Part shown: positions 1 to 9,918 of the stretch, piece after piece
Position numbering within the stretch: position 1 is the first letter of the stretch
Layout: each line of letters opens with the position of its first letter
Position numbers and translations under genes: made by a program
The notes under the pieces: model-generated
The model's database searches: none
Told to the model about the DNA's origin: nothing
The model's input: only the letters and a program-made list of their open reading frames with translations
NCBI GenBank assembly: GCA_963848305.1
Contig: CAWKDC010000001.1
Span: 1,152,001-1,216,000, forward strand
Direction: 5' to 3'
DNA length: 64,000 bases
Origin: an uncultured Gammaproteobacteria bacterium
GTDB lineage: Bacteria; Pseudomonadota; Gammaproteobacteria; JABCZS01

Positions 1-122
1 CTATTAGAGATTTCTCAACAAACCGCGGACCTGTTGGCTATCAATTCCGAACGTACTTTATTGCTAATTTTCTGTTTCGGTTTGTTCATTGTGTCAGCCA
101 ATGCCAGTGTGGCCAGGGGTAA

Positions 123-1409
123 TCAGCCTACGCTTAAATAATCAAGGATCGGTACGCAGCGAATATGCACCCCTTCTTCCACAAAATCTTCAGATTGTCG
201 ATAAGTGATGATATGTCCTTCCGATAAATGATGGGCAAGACAAGCTTCAATAAGCCCGCGAACTTCCCTTTGCCGTGTGTCGGGATCTGCCAGATCGTAG
301 GATACTTGGATCGCACGCGTAATCTCTAAGCCTTCTCTAACAAGAAAATCACATTCATATTTTTGTTTATGAAAAAATACTTCACCTGTTTGACGGAGTA
401 ATTGATGATAAACAGCTTGCTCCATTAATTTTCCATTGTCTCCTGAAGATTTTAAATTGATGGCATTGAAAAGACCATTATCGATCACATAAATTTTCTT
501 CTCTGTCAGTTCCTGATGAATAATAGAGGGACTGTATTTTTTGACTGAAAGGGCTAAATAAATGGATTCACAATTATCTGCAAATGCATACAAACTGTCT
601 TTGGAAATTTTATATCCGCCCGATTTAAGATCATTATAAATCTTGTGAATGGAAAATTCTTTTGTAGCGCAAGACATCAGGCGTTTGATAAAAAATTTAA
701 GCAAAGCGATGTTTTTTACTTCAAATCTTTCAACCAAGTCTCGGTAGAACATGACGTTAAAATATTCCTGAAGAATAGCAATTTTTAAAGAAGGTGCGTA
801 TTGCAGCAATTCCGGAAAACCACCAAACTGCAGATACTGATCCAGCGCACGGCTCAGTACCGCATTATTTTTTGTGCTGCGATTTTGAATGTCTATGCCC
901 TGAAAAGTGCAATATTCAGTGAAACTGAGCGGTAGCACAGCATAGCTGAGTGTGCGTCCGCGCAGTTCGGTGGCGATTTCACGGCTGAGTAATTTGGCAT
1001 TGGATCCTGTTAAAAAAATGTGTTTACTGATGGTGTCACTCACCCTGCGGATAAATCTATCCCATTTATCAAAAAGCTGGATCTCATCGAAAAAGAAATA
1101 ACAGGTGCTAAGATTCAGTGAGGGGTATAATTCTTGATAAATGTTGATCATTTGTTCCAATTCTGCTGCAGAGTGATCAAAGCGCTCATCTTCACAGTTC
1201 AGATAAAAAATACGTTTTTTTTCAATGCCTTCTGCCAAAAGAGCCTGCATGATGTTGTAAAGTTCAGATGTTTTTCCTGCCCTTCTTGGGCCAATCAATG
1301 TGATAATCTTCTTGTTATTCAGAGGGATAGATAAATCGCGTTCGAGAAAAGTCGGCAGAGGGTCTGCGTGAAAGTCTACAATGAGTTGACGAGCGAGCTC
1401 TATGTTCAT
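123..1409 (-). CDS. AAA+ ATPase, AAA_14 + DUF4143 family
   Basis: 428 aa; Walker A GPRRAGKT, Walker B FFFDEIQ, LTGSN, GGFPE, C-terminal ECDFLV..AIQVSY nuclease-like motif. Confidence 0.9.
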   Translation of the reverse strand: MNIELARQLIVDFHADPLPTFLERDLSIPLNNKKIITLIGPRRAGKTSELYNIMQALLAEGIEKKRIFYLNCEDERFDHSAAELEQMINIYQELYPSLNLSTCYFFFDEIQLFDKWDRFIRRVSDTISKHIFLTGSNAKLLSREIATELRGRTLSYAVLPLSFTEYCTFQGIDIQNRSTKNNAVLSRALDQYLQFGGFPELLQYAPSLKIAILQEYFNVMFYRDLVERFEVKNIALLKFFIKRLMSCATKEFSIHKIYNDLKSGGYKISKDSLYAFADNCESIYLALSVKKYSPSIIHQELTEKKIYVIDNGLFNAINLKSSGDNGKLMEQAVYHQLLRQTGEVFFHKQKYECDFLVREGLEITRAIQVSYDLADPDTRQREVRGLIEACLAHHLSEGHIITYRQSEDFVEEGVHIRCVPILDYLSVG

Positions 1410-1424
1410 GATGAGAGCATAGCA

Positions 1425-1481
1425 TTCTTCCTTCTCAAAAGGAAGAAATTTTAAAAAGCTTCCTTTTTAAAAGGAAGCTTT
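1425..1481. promoter_or_regulatory. Two palindromes with shared core CTTCCTT-N5-AAGGAAG, centres 32 bp apart; putative operator
   Basis: TTCTTCCTT-CTCAA-AAGGAAGAA (1425-1447) and AAAGCTTCCTT-TTTAA-AAGGAAGCTTT (1455-1481), just upstream of the AAA ATPase start. Confidence 0.7.
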
Positions 1482-1499
1482 GTTCGTCAGTCGCGCCCA

Positions 1500-1577
1500 T
1501 GGTGCAATTGGTGCGATTATTGCTTTTTTGGTGCAATTGGTGCAATTATCGCTTTTCTGGTGCAATTGGTGCAATTT
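1500..1577 (+). repeat. 29-bp tandem repeat (~2.7 copies) built from doubled TGGTGCAAT 9-mers
   Basis: Units start at 1500, 1529 and 1558; followed by TATAAT (1581-1586) and RBS GAGGAGGAG before ATG 1610. Confidence 0.9.
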
Positions 1578-1609
1578 GTGTATAATGAGAAGTAACGAGG
1601 AGGAGCATC

Positions 1610-2950
1610 ATGCCGACGATTTTTCCCGAGAGAGAGTCAAGAATACTTGAATTTAAATCCCAGTTGCCCAATTTTCAGAATTTGATTAAAACCTGTGTGG
1701 CCTTTGCCAATGGAACTGGCGGTAAAATTGTGATCGGTGTGGATGACAAGACGCGAGCGCTGGTGGGCGTTTCGATCGATACACGCGATCGTATTTATGA
1801 CGAGTTTCCGAATAGTGTATATGATGCGACAATGCCCGCTCTTCTGGTTGATATTTATGAGCAAGCGTTTGATGATGGCCACGTGATCATCATTGATGTG
1901 CCTTCCAGCATTAGGAAGCCAGTATGCGTTAAAAAAGAAGGAATTCCTGCAGGTATTTATTTACGAGCGGGGACAAGCACCCGCAAAGCAACACCAGAAT
2001 ATGTCGAAGAATTAATGCGTGAAAGCAAGCGCATGCATTTTGACGAAGAAATGATTCAAGAGGACACAAAAATATTATCGGACATTTTACTCCATAAGAT
2101 ATTTAAGAAAATCGATATGCGTCAACTGTTGGCAGAAAAAATAACCACAACGTCTAGCATAGGTGGAAAGAAATATTACCCGACTGTTGCTGGTGTTTTA
2201 GGATTTTGTGAATCACCCGAGCATTATATCCCTGAGGCCATGGTTGTATGTACTCGCTTTTTGGGTAAAGAAGGTCGTGATATCATTCAAAGCGAGGAAG
2301 TACGCGGCAATCTTGAGGAACAAATAGAAACAAGTTTTCAATTGATAAAGTCATGGTTGATGCGTGACTATCATTTAATAGGTACAAAAATGCAGGCAAA
2401 AACAATCGTTCCTGAAATAGCCCTACGCGAAGCCATTGCCAATGCGCTGATTCATCGAAAATATTGGATTCCCGGTGCAGTCAAGATCGCGCTGTATGAT
2501 AATCGTTTAGAAATATTTAGTCCTGGTGAGTTTCCCGGCCTCGTTGATATTAACAATTTAGGGGATGGAACGACCTATTTGCGCAATCCCACTCTTGCAC
2601 GTATTGCACGCAAACTGGGCTTGGTTGAAAAATTAGGCACAGGTATTAAACTAATGATAGAAAGTTGCCGGAAAGCACAGATAAAGCGGCCTGAATTTAT
2701 CGAGGGCGCGGACAGTGTCAAAGTGATTTTTTGGTTTTTACCTTCGAATGAAGGGATGCAAGATGACATTCAGAAACTCGAGGCTTTTTTTGTTATGAAT
2801 CCTGTTGCTTCCATCGGCGATGTATCTCAATATTTGGGGGTATCCAGAAATTCGGCAACACGCAAACTCAATGAGCTGATTGGTGCGGGAAAAATAAGGA
2901 GAGAGGGTAAAGGCCCCTCTGTGCGGTATGTTGCTCAAGGTGTTGGTTGA
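1610..2950 (+). CDS. Schlafen/AlbA_2 + HATPase_c_4-like + C-terminal HTH protein
   Basis: ESRILEFK..VAFANGTGGKIVIGVDD; ALREAIANALIHRKY; RNPTLA; EKLGTGI; C-terminal wHTH (LGVSRNSATRKLNELI). Confidence 0.88.
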   Translation: MPTIFPERESRILEFKSQLPNFQNLIKTCVAFANGTGGKIVIGVDDKTRALVGVSIDTRDRIYDEFPNSVYDATMPALLVDIYEQAFDDGHVIIIDVPSSIRKPVCVKKEGIPAGIYLRAGTSTRKATPEYVEELMRESKRMHFDEEMIQEDTKILSDILLHKIFKKIDMRQLLAEKITTTSSIGGKKYYPTVAGVLGFCESPEHYIPEAMVVCTRFLGKEGRDIIQSEEVRGNLEEQIETSFQLIKSWLMRDYHLIGTKMQAKTIVPEIALREAIANALIHRKYWIPGAVKIALYDNRLEIFSPGEFPGLVDINNLGDGTTYLRNPTLARIARKLGLVEKLGTGIKLMIESCRKAQIKRPEFIEGADSVKVIFWFLPSNEGMQDDIQKLEAFFVMNPVASIGDVSQYLGVSRNSATRKLNELIGAGKIRREGKGPSVRYVAQGVG

Positions 2951-3849
2951 CAACAATATTCCAATATTGTTCGTGCAATCGACCCGCCCTGGGCTTTTTC
3001 AAACCCTTGGAAACCCGGCGCTGAATTGATTTCACACAAAGCATAACCTTGTTTCGTGAACAATAAATCAACGCCGGCCATATCCAGTCCCGCCAGGCGC
3101 GTGGCAGCCAGGGCTAGGCGCTCAATGTCTGCATCCAGCGGGTAGGTGGCGACATTACCGCCGCGCGAAAAATTGGCTTTAAACTCTGTCGTAGATGAAC
3201 GCTCGATCACGCCTAATACTTTGCCGCCCAATACCAACACACGCAAATCTCTGCCATGGCTTTCAGCAATATACTGTTGTAACAATGTGGTGGCTTTGCG
3301 ATCATACGAGAAAATAAATTCGAGCATGTCCTGTAATGCGGCCGCAGTATCACAAATCATGACGCCCCTGCCCTGGCTACCGCTCAATACTTTTAACACC
3401 AAAGGAAATCCAATCGCTTTTTCAATATGTTCATAATGGATGGGATACGGTGCCAGCATGGTTTTCGGTGTTGGCAAACCATGTTTCACAAATTGTTGGT
3501 GCATGAAACATTTGTCGCGCGCGGCTTGAATAGCTTTCGCATTATTGCAGAGAAAAACACCGTGATCACTCAACGTGTTCAATAATGCAAAAGCCGCATA
3601 ATTGGAATTATATCCTTGGCGTGGAATCACAAACTGGGGTGTTTGGGTAGGCTCGCCAGAGATGAATAATTGTAGCGGGCCATGATTGCCTATTACCCAC
3701 GAGACTGTTTCAGGTTTGATAATATCCAATTGAATGTTGAGCAGTCGTGCTGTTTCAATAAAACGCTGCATTTCATAATGTTTTTCATTCAGCTGGGCGA
3801 CGGGTTGGCTGTATAAAATCCAGCCGTGGTGTGTGGGAGATTGACTCAA
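2935..3849 (-). CDS. RimK-family ATP-grasp alpha-L-glutamate ligase
   Basis: ARDK, PLVLKVLSGSQGRGV, GRDLRVLVLGG, FKANFSRGG, AGVDLL, CEINSAPGF; TTG start overlaps the potI stop. Confidence 0.9.
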   Translation of the reverse strand: MSQSPTHHGWILYSQPVAQLNEKHYEMQRFIETARLLNIQLDIIKPETVSWVIGNHGPLQLFISGEPTQTPQFVIPRQGYNSNYAAFALLNTLSDHGVFLCNNAKAIQAARDKCFMHQQFVKHGLPTPKTMLAPYPIHYEHIEKAIGFPLVLKVLSGSQGRGVMICDTAAALQDMLEFIFSYDRKATTLLQQYIAESHGRDLRVLVLGGKVLGVIERSSTTEFKANFSRGGNVATYPLDADIERLALAATRLAGLDMAGVDLLFTKQGYALCEINSAPGFQGFEKAQGGSIARTILEYCCQPTP

Positions 3850-4652
3850 GATTTTTTTCGCTCTAAACGCATGGACATGATGCAGAATACCATCGCCATC
3901 AGTGTGACGATGCTGATCATGAGGGTGGCGAGCGCATTGATTTTAGGGCTGACGCCCATGCGCACGCTGGAGTAAACAGCCATTGGTAAGGTAGTGGATT
4001 GCGGGCCAGAGGTAAAGCTTGCGATCACCAAGTCATCAAATGAAAGCGTGAAGGCCAATAACCAGCCGCTGACCAATGCGGGCGCAATCACGGGTAAGGT
4101 GACGCGCAGGAAAATTGTGAGGGGTTTTGCGCCTAAATCCGTCGCGGCCAAAATAAGACTCCGATCCATTTCTTGCAAGCGCGCCACGATCACCATGGTG
4201 ACATAAGCCAAGCTCAATGTCATGTGTGCGATCCAAATGGTGAGTATGCCGCGGCCATGCGGGAACCCAAACCAGTCTTCCATCGCAACAAACAATAATA
4301 ACAAGGAAAAGCCCATGATCACTTCGGGTATCACGAGGGGTGCGCGGATCATTAAATTGAATAATGCGCTGCTGCCCTTGATATGGTAACGGGTGAGCGC
4401 ATACGCGGCGATTGTGCCTAAAAAAGTGGCGCCAAATGCAGTGAAGAGTGCCAGACGAATACTGGTCCAAGCGGCTTTCAGTAATTGAGTATCGTTAAAC
4501 AATTCACCATACCACTTAAATGAAAACTCAGACCAAACAGTGACAAGACTTGAGCTGTTAAACGAATATACAACAAGCAAAATAATCGGCAAGTATAAAA
4601 ATAAATAACCCAGCAGTGAGAGTGTTTTAATCAGTGGGGAAACTCTAGACAT
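3846..4652 (-). CDS. potI: Putrescine ABC transporter permease
   Basis: FLYLPI..YSFNSS, PLVIPEVIMG, EAA-type loop LAATDLGAKP, LSFDDLVIASFTSGP; likely start MSRVS at 4652. Confidence 0.9.
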   Translation of the reverse strand: MSRVSPLIKTLSLLGYLFLYLPIILLVVYSFNSSSLVTVWSEFSFKWYGELFNDTQLLKAAWTSIRLALFTAFGATFLGTIAAYALTRYHIKGSSALFNLMIRAPLVIPEVIMGFSLLLLFVAMEDWFGFPHGRGILTIWIAHMTLSLAYVTMVIVARLQEMDRSLILAATDLGAKPLTIFLRVTLPVIAPALVSGWLLAFTLSFDDLVIASFTSGPQSTTLPMAVYSSVRMGVSPKINALATLMISIVTLMAMVFCIMSMRLERKKS

Positions 4653-5557
4653 GGTTGCCCCTCTCTTGTTGCTTTTGTTCATGACGCGAGAACAAGTAAA
4701 TTGGTATTAGTAAGAGGAAGAGCATGATCGTCGCCAAGGCCGCCGATAATGGCCAATCACGGTTGCTGAAAAATTCCTGCCACAGAACGCGACCAATCAT
4801 GGTAGTACTTGAGCCGCCCAATAAATCCGGGATCACGAATTCCCCGACGGCAGGAATAAAGACGAGCAAGCTGCCGGTAATGATGCCGGGCATGGTTAGC
4901 GGCAAGGTGATCCGTAAAAATGCAACCCAAGGTTTTGCCCCCAAATCCGAAGCGGCTTGCAGCAACGTCCAGTCTAATTTAGAAATAGACACATATAGTG
5001 GCAAAATCATGAAAGGAAGGTAGGCGTAAATAATACCCAGGTAAACTGCAAAGGGTGTGTATAAAAATTGAATCGGGGTAGAGATAAGGTGAAGGCTCAG
5101 TAACAATTGATTCAACAGCCCTGTTTCTTGCAAAATACCCATCCACGCGTAGACGCGCAATAGAAAGGATGTCCATGAGGGGAGTACAACAAGGGTTAAG
5201 AGCAGCGAGCGCATGGCTTCCTGCACGTGCGATACAATAGGCCATGGGGTAGCCAATCAATAAGCAACCTAGGGTTGAAAAGAAGGCAATCTTCAAAGAA
5301 TTGAAATACGCAAAGACGTAGAAAGGATCCATGAAGATGGTGTAATAATTGTTGAGATTGACATGGAGTGTCAGCACAAAATGTTGGATGGTGATCAAGG
5401 GTTCATAAGGCGGGACTTGGAAGGCCATTTCGCTGAAGCTTAAGCGAAAAATCATCAAAAAAGGCAATGCCAGAAAAAGAATCAGCCAGAAATAAGGGAT
5501 GCCAAACACCCAGGTGCGCCCAGAAAAAAAGAATTTTTTGAGGCTGGCTATGATCAT
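4645..5557 (-). CDS. potH: Putrescine ABC transporter permease, split by a frameshift near 5221
   Basis: N-half (..GYPMAYCIARA) in ORF 4979..5557; C-half (LPSWTSFLLRVYAWMG..GEFVIPDLLGG) in ORF 4645..5256. Confidence 0.88.
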
Positions 5558-6663
5558 CCTTGGAGTACCACCGCGCTTTCAGGTTGGAAATGAATATAAA
5601 TCTTGTCATCCCAGGTGATGGGCTCAGAAATAAAGCGATCACTGTGGTAGACATTCGCCAACAATTTTTTGCCAGAATCTAGCGTGACATGATAAATAGA
5701 ATGGCTGCCCATGTAAGCGATGTCCCGCACATACCCTTTGGCCACATTGTGTGAAACGCCGGGGTGTTCGAGTGATAAGGTGACTTTTTCGGGGCGTACG
5801 GCGACGTAAACGGTCAAATCTTGGGGCAAGGACAAGGCACGCTCGAGCTCAACGTTACTTTGGAGATCGGGTACGCTGATCAGCGTGGTGCCATCGTCGG
5901 GGGTGGAGATCACTGAGCCTTTAAAGATATTGACCGATCCGAGGAACTGCGCACTGAAGGTACAGTTAGGATATTCATAGACTTCTTTCGGGGTACCAAT
6001 CTGAATGATTTCCCCTTTGTCCATTACCGCGATACGCTCGGACATGGTCATGGCTTCGTCTTGATCATGGGTGACGATCAGGCAAGTCACGCCTAGGTTT
6101 TCTAAAATACTGACGACTTCTAACTGCATGCGGTCGCGTAGGTTTTTATCCAGCGCGCCCATGGGTTCGTCCAACAACAGCAGCTTAGGACGTTTGGCCA
6201 GGCTGCGTGCCAGGGCAACGCGTTGTCGTTGGCCTCCAGAGAGAGTGTTAGGTTTTTCATTGCGGTAGTCTGACATGCGAACGATATCGAGCATTTCATC
6301 TACGCGGGTAATGATCTCTGTTTTATTGAGTTTATCTTGTTGTAACCCGAAGGCGATGTTTTGCCAAACGGTCATGTGGGGGAATAGCGCGTAAGATTGA
6401 AACATCATGTTGACGGAGCGCAAGTGCGCGGGGACTTCGGTCATGTCTTGACCATCAATAAAGATCTGTCCTTTTGTGGGGGTTTCAAGACCAGCAAGCA
6501 ACTGCAGCAGGGTGGATTTGCCACAGCCAGAGCTGCCCATCAAGCTGAAAATTTCGCCTTGACGGATGCTGAGATTCACATTGTCGACAGCTGTCACACG
6601 GTCGTATCGCTTCGTGATGCCTTCAATGCGAATGTAATGATCTTTCTTTGGTTTCTGTTGCAT
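5554..6663 (-). CDS. potG: Putrescine ABC transporter ATP-binding subunit
   Basis: GSSGCGKST, MMFQSYALFPHMTV, LSGGQRQRVALARSLAKRPKLLLLDEPMGALDK, C-terminal TOBE-like domain. Confidence 0.93.
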   Translation of the reverse strand: MQQKPKKDHYIRIEGITKRYDRVTAVDNVNLSIRQGEIFSLMGSSGCGKSTLLQLLAGLETPTKGQIFIDGQDMTEVPAHLRSVNMMFQSYALFPHMTVWQNIAFGLQQDKLNKTEIITRVDEMLDIVRMSDYRNEKPNTLSGGQRQRVALARSLAKRPKLLLLDEPMGALDKNLRDRMQLEVVSILENLGVTCLIVTHDQDEAMTMSERIAVMDKGEIIQIGTPKEVYEYPNCTFSAQFLGSVNIFKGSVISTPDDGTTLISVPDLQSNVELERALSLPQDLTVYVAVRPEKVTLSLEHPGVSHNVAKGYVRDIAYMGSHSIYHVTLDSGKKLLANVYHSDRFISEPITWDDKIYIHFQPESAVVLQG

Positions 6664-6670
6664 GAGTCCC

Positions 6671-7753
6671 CTACCTGCTTGCTTTCATTCTAGCCCAATC
6701 ACGATGCAATTGCTTTTCGAGTGGAAGAGGCAACTCCATGGGAGTGAATAACTGTTTCTGTACGGATGCGGGTGGATAAATGGCGGGATCCGCTGCAACG
6801 CCTGGAGCCAAGAGTTTCGTGGCACTGGGGACGGTGTTAGGGAAGCCCACTTTGTCGGTGATTTTTGCAACTACGTCAGGGCGCATCAAGTAATTGATGA
6901 ACTGAAGTGCTTCATTCGGGTGTTTGGCATTCTTCGGAATGGCCATCACATCATAAGAAAGCACGGATCCTTCTTTGGGATTCATGACCAGAATATTCAC
7001 GCCATTGCCAGATTCTTTTGCGCGGTTACGTGCGTTCACCAGGTCTCCCGACCAGCCAAACGCCACGCAGATATTGCCATTGGCAAGATCATTCAAGTAT
7101 TGAGAATCGTGAAAATAGGTGACGTAAGGGCGCACAGTGCGCATCACGGCGGATGCTTTTTCGTATTGTGCATATTCAGTGCTGTCATGGGGCAGCCCCA
7201 AGTAATTCAGCAAAATAGGGTAGACATAGACGGGTGAGTCAATGAAAGCAACTTTGCACCCTGCCAGCTTTTTCATGTTGTCAGGATTAAAGATAAGAGA
7301 CCAGCTGTCTGGGATTTTGCCATCGAACAAGGGGGCGACCTTATCAACGTTGATGCCAATGCTGAAGGTTCCCCACATGTAAGGCGCGGCATAGAGTTTG
7401 CCATCCTTCTTAAGGGGGGTGACGTATTTGGGATCGACGTTTTTCAGGTTGGGCAATTTGGTTTCATCAAGAGGCTCATAAATGCCGGCCGCGCGCTGGC
7501 GAAAAAAGTAAGGGAAATTGGTAGGGAAAACGAGATCATACCCTGTGTTGCCGGCATAAAGCTTGGCTTCGAGCATGTCGTTGCTGTCGTAGACGTCATA
7601 AACGACTTTGATACCTGTTTCTTTTTCAAATTGTGACAGGGTGTCTGGGGCAAAATAATTAGACCAGTTATAGACGTATAATTCGGAGGCGGCAAAAACA
7701 CTGTGGGCTGTGAGCCATAAACTGACGCAAGATAATAATAGGCGCTTGATCAT
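6671..7753 (-). CDS. potF: Putrescine-binding periplasmic protein
   Basis: Signal peptide from MIKRLL (7753); LYVYNWSNY, FEKETGIKVVYDVYDSN, PYMWGT, DLANGNICVAFGWSGD. Confidence 0.9.
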   Translation of the reverse strand: MIKRLLLSCVSLWLTAHSVFAASELYVYNWSNYFAPDTLSQFEKETGIKVVYDVYDSNDMLEAKLYAGNTGYDLVFPTNFPYFFRQRAAGIYEPLDETKLPNLKNVDPKYVTPLKKDGKLYAAPYMWGTFSIGINVDKVAPLFDGKIPDSWSLIFNPDNMKKLAGCKVAFIDSPVYVYPILLNYLGLPHDSTEYAQYEKASAVMRTVRPYVTYFHDSQYLNDLANGNICVAFGWSGDLVNARNRAKESGNGVNILVMNPKEGSVLSYDVMAIPKNAKHPNEALQFINYLMRPDVVAKITDKVGFPNTVPSATKLLAPGVAADPAIYPPASVQKQLFTPMELPLPLEKQLHRDWARMKASR

Positions 7754-7874
7754 GTCATCCCTCCTGTTTGGAAGCGTATTATGCCAAAAAAATACTGTGC
7801 AGGGTGATTTATTTCGCATTTTCAGGTACGATAGGTAATTTCTCATCTTAATGTAGCACAAGGGAGTTTACAAG

Positions 7875-8369
7875 ATGGTACAGCTGCCCCGTGTGGGAAT
7901 CGTGATGGGCTCTCAGTCAGACTGGGAAACGATGCAACATGCCCAATCTTTGCTCGAATTGCTTGAAATATCAAACGAGTGCCGTATCGTTTCAGCGCAC
8001 CGCACGCCCGATTTAATGTTTGAATATGCCGCCACTGCGGCCGATCGCGGTATCCAAGTGATCATCGCCGGCGCAGGCGGCGCCGCACATTTGCCGGGCA
8101 TGATTGCTGCTAAAACCCATTTGCCTGTTTTGGGTGTGCCAGTGCAGTCGGCCGCCCTGAATGGATTGGATTCGCTGCTGTCCATCGTGCAAATGCCTGG
8201 CGGTATTCCGGTGGGGACGTTGGCGATTGGCCAGGCAGGTGCGAAGAATGCCGCGATGTTGGCAGCCAGTATTTTAGCGCTGAATGATGAAGGATTGCGC
8301 ACCCGGTTGGTCGCCTTTCGCCAATCACAAACAGACGCTGTGTTGTCTCAAACACTGAAAGGCCAGTGA
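7875..8369 (+). CDS. purE: N5-CAIR mutase
   Basis: [41 protein letters not shown]. Confidence 0.97.
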   Translation: MVQLPRVGIVMGSQSDWETMQHAQSLLELLEISNECRIVSAHRTPDLMFEYAATAADRGIQVIIAGAGGAAHLPGMIAAKTHLPVLGVPVQSAALNGLDSLLSIVQMPGGIPVGTLAIGQAGAKNAAMLAASILALNDEGLRTRLVAFRQSQTDAVLSQTLKGQ

Positions 8370-9403
8370 TGAAAGTCGGGATTGTAGGCGCAGGCCAGTT
8401 GGCCCAAATGATGGCACAGGCGGCGAAAACGCTGAACATCGAGACAGTCTGTCTCGCCCTCTTACCCGATGAATGTGCGGGTCGTGAATCTGTCCTAGAG
8501 GTTGTTCCGTCTTTGGAACCGCATTACGCAAAGCATTTTGTCGATTGTGTTGATATCATCACCATTGAAACAGAAAATATTCCCCTCGACTTTGCAGCAT
8601 ATCTAAGGGATCAAAAACCATTGCGCCCTGCCCCCAATGCATTGGCGATTGCACAAGACAGGTTATTTGAAAAACAATTATTTGAACAAGTTGGTTTGCC
8701 GCCTGCGCCTTATGCCGTCATCAATAGTGAGTCAGACATTCCTGCAGTCATTCAAAAAATTGGTTTTCCTGGTATTTTGAAAACGCGCCGCATGGGTTAT
8801 GACGGCAAAGGACAGGTGCGCTGTCGCACAGAAGCAGATTTGATTGCGGGGGTGAAAGCGCTCTCCCCTGCTTTGTTAATTTACGAAGGCTTTGTTGATT
8901 TTGATCGCGAAGTATCATTGATTGGCGTGCGCAGTGTGTCGGGCGAAGAGGCATTTTATCCCTTGTGTGAAAACATTCACCGAGACGGTATTTTGCGCAC
9001 AACGAAAGCGCCCTACATTGATGAAACCCTCATGTTATCCGCTCAGCAATATATGCGTCGTATTTTTGATCAGCTGGATTATATCGGTGTATTCACCATT
9101 GAATTTTTTGTGAAAGGTTCACAATTGATCGGCAATGAAATGGCGCCGCGCGTTCATAACAGTGGACATTGGACCATTGAAGGGGCAAAGACATCTCAGT
9201 TTGAAAATCATTTGCGTGCGATCACGGGGATGCCACTCGGTTCATGCGATGCGATTGGATTTTCTGAGATGACGAATTGCATCGGTGAATTACCCGATCC
9301 TGCCCAGATTGCTAAAACACCGAATGCGCATCTTCATGTGTATGGCAAAGCCATTAAACCGTTACGGAAGGTGGGGCATATCACTGTTGTGCGCGATCTG
9401 TAG
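8366..9403 (+). CDS. purK: N5-CAIR synthase
   Basis: [46 protein letters not shown]; follows purE. Confidence 0.96.
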   Translation: MMKVGIVGAGQLAQMMAQAAKTLNIETVCLALLPDECAGRESVLEVVPSLEPHYAKHFVDCVDIITIETENIPLDFAAYLRDQKPLRPAPNALAIAQDRLFEKQLFEQVGLPPAPYAVINSESDIPAVIQKIGFPGILKTRRMGYDGKGQVRCRTEADLIAGVKALSPALLIYEGFVDFDREVSLIGVRSVSGEEAFYPLCENIHRDGILRTTKAPYIDETLMLSAQQYMRRIFDQLDYIGVFTIEFFVKGSQLIGNEMAPRVHNSGHWTIEGAKTSQFENHLRAITGMPLGSCDAIGFSEMTNCIGELPDPAQIAKTPNAHLHVYGKAIKPLRKVGHITVVRDL

Positions 9404-9412
9404 AGACGCCCC

Positions 9413-9762
9413 CTATAATATGCACTCAAAAGTGACATAAACGTATTCTGCAGATCGAGTGGATTGCTTTGCATGCACCTGTTGATTGTCACGCGAGTCT
9501 TTTCGGGTCTGGGCTTCATAGGTTGTCTCTTCATTTTTTTCCTTGATTTCCCGATCGAGGATTTTATACTTCCCATTGCAAGCGTTATACATTTGTTTGT
9601 AGGCATCTTCTTGGCTTTCAGTTGAAAAGGCGTGATAAACAATCTGACCGATCCGCTTCCCCTCACTGGACCATAGGCTGAATTGGGGGACTCGATCATG
9701 ACGGCATTCATGGCACATCCCGACAATAACAATAACGTGACAATGGATGATAATTGTTTCAT
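9413..9762 (-). CDS. Small lipoprotein, apparently split by a frameshift near 9660
   Basis: Lipobox LSGC in ORF starting at 9762; plausible C-terminal half (EDAYKQMYNACNGKYKI..YVTFEC) in ORF 9413..9718; adding one G to a G4 run joins them. Confidence 0.6.
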
Positions 9763-9918
9763 TTTAAACTCCTATTTGATGATAAAAACTTTTGCAGTAT
9801 GCCAGGGTAAACCAAATTTTTAACGGATGTCAATCACAGCACTTTTGAGATTTTTGCTTTTGATGCAGGGGACGCTCAAATTTTCTCATTAACCTGGATC
9901 ATTCAATGAAACGAGATA

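Noticed and set aside
15-89. Short minus-strand ORF MNKPKQKISNKVRSELIANRSAVC, reminiscent of an HNH-nuclease N-terminus
   Set aside because: Only 24 codons at the window edge; the resemblance is too weak to call.
1500-1577. Possible mini CRISPR array
   Set aside because: The 29-bp units are contiguous with no unique spacers, and there are no cas genes in the window.
4645-5557. Programmed ribosomal frameshifting in potH, putP or asmA
   Set aside because: No slippery heptamer or stimulatory structure seen at the junctions; indel error is simpler.
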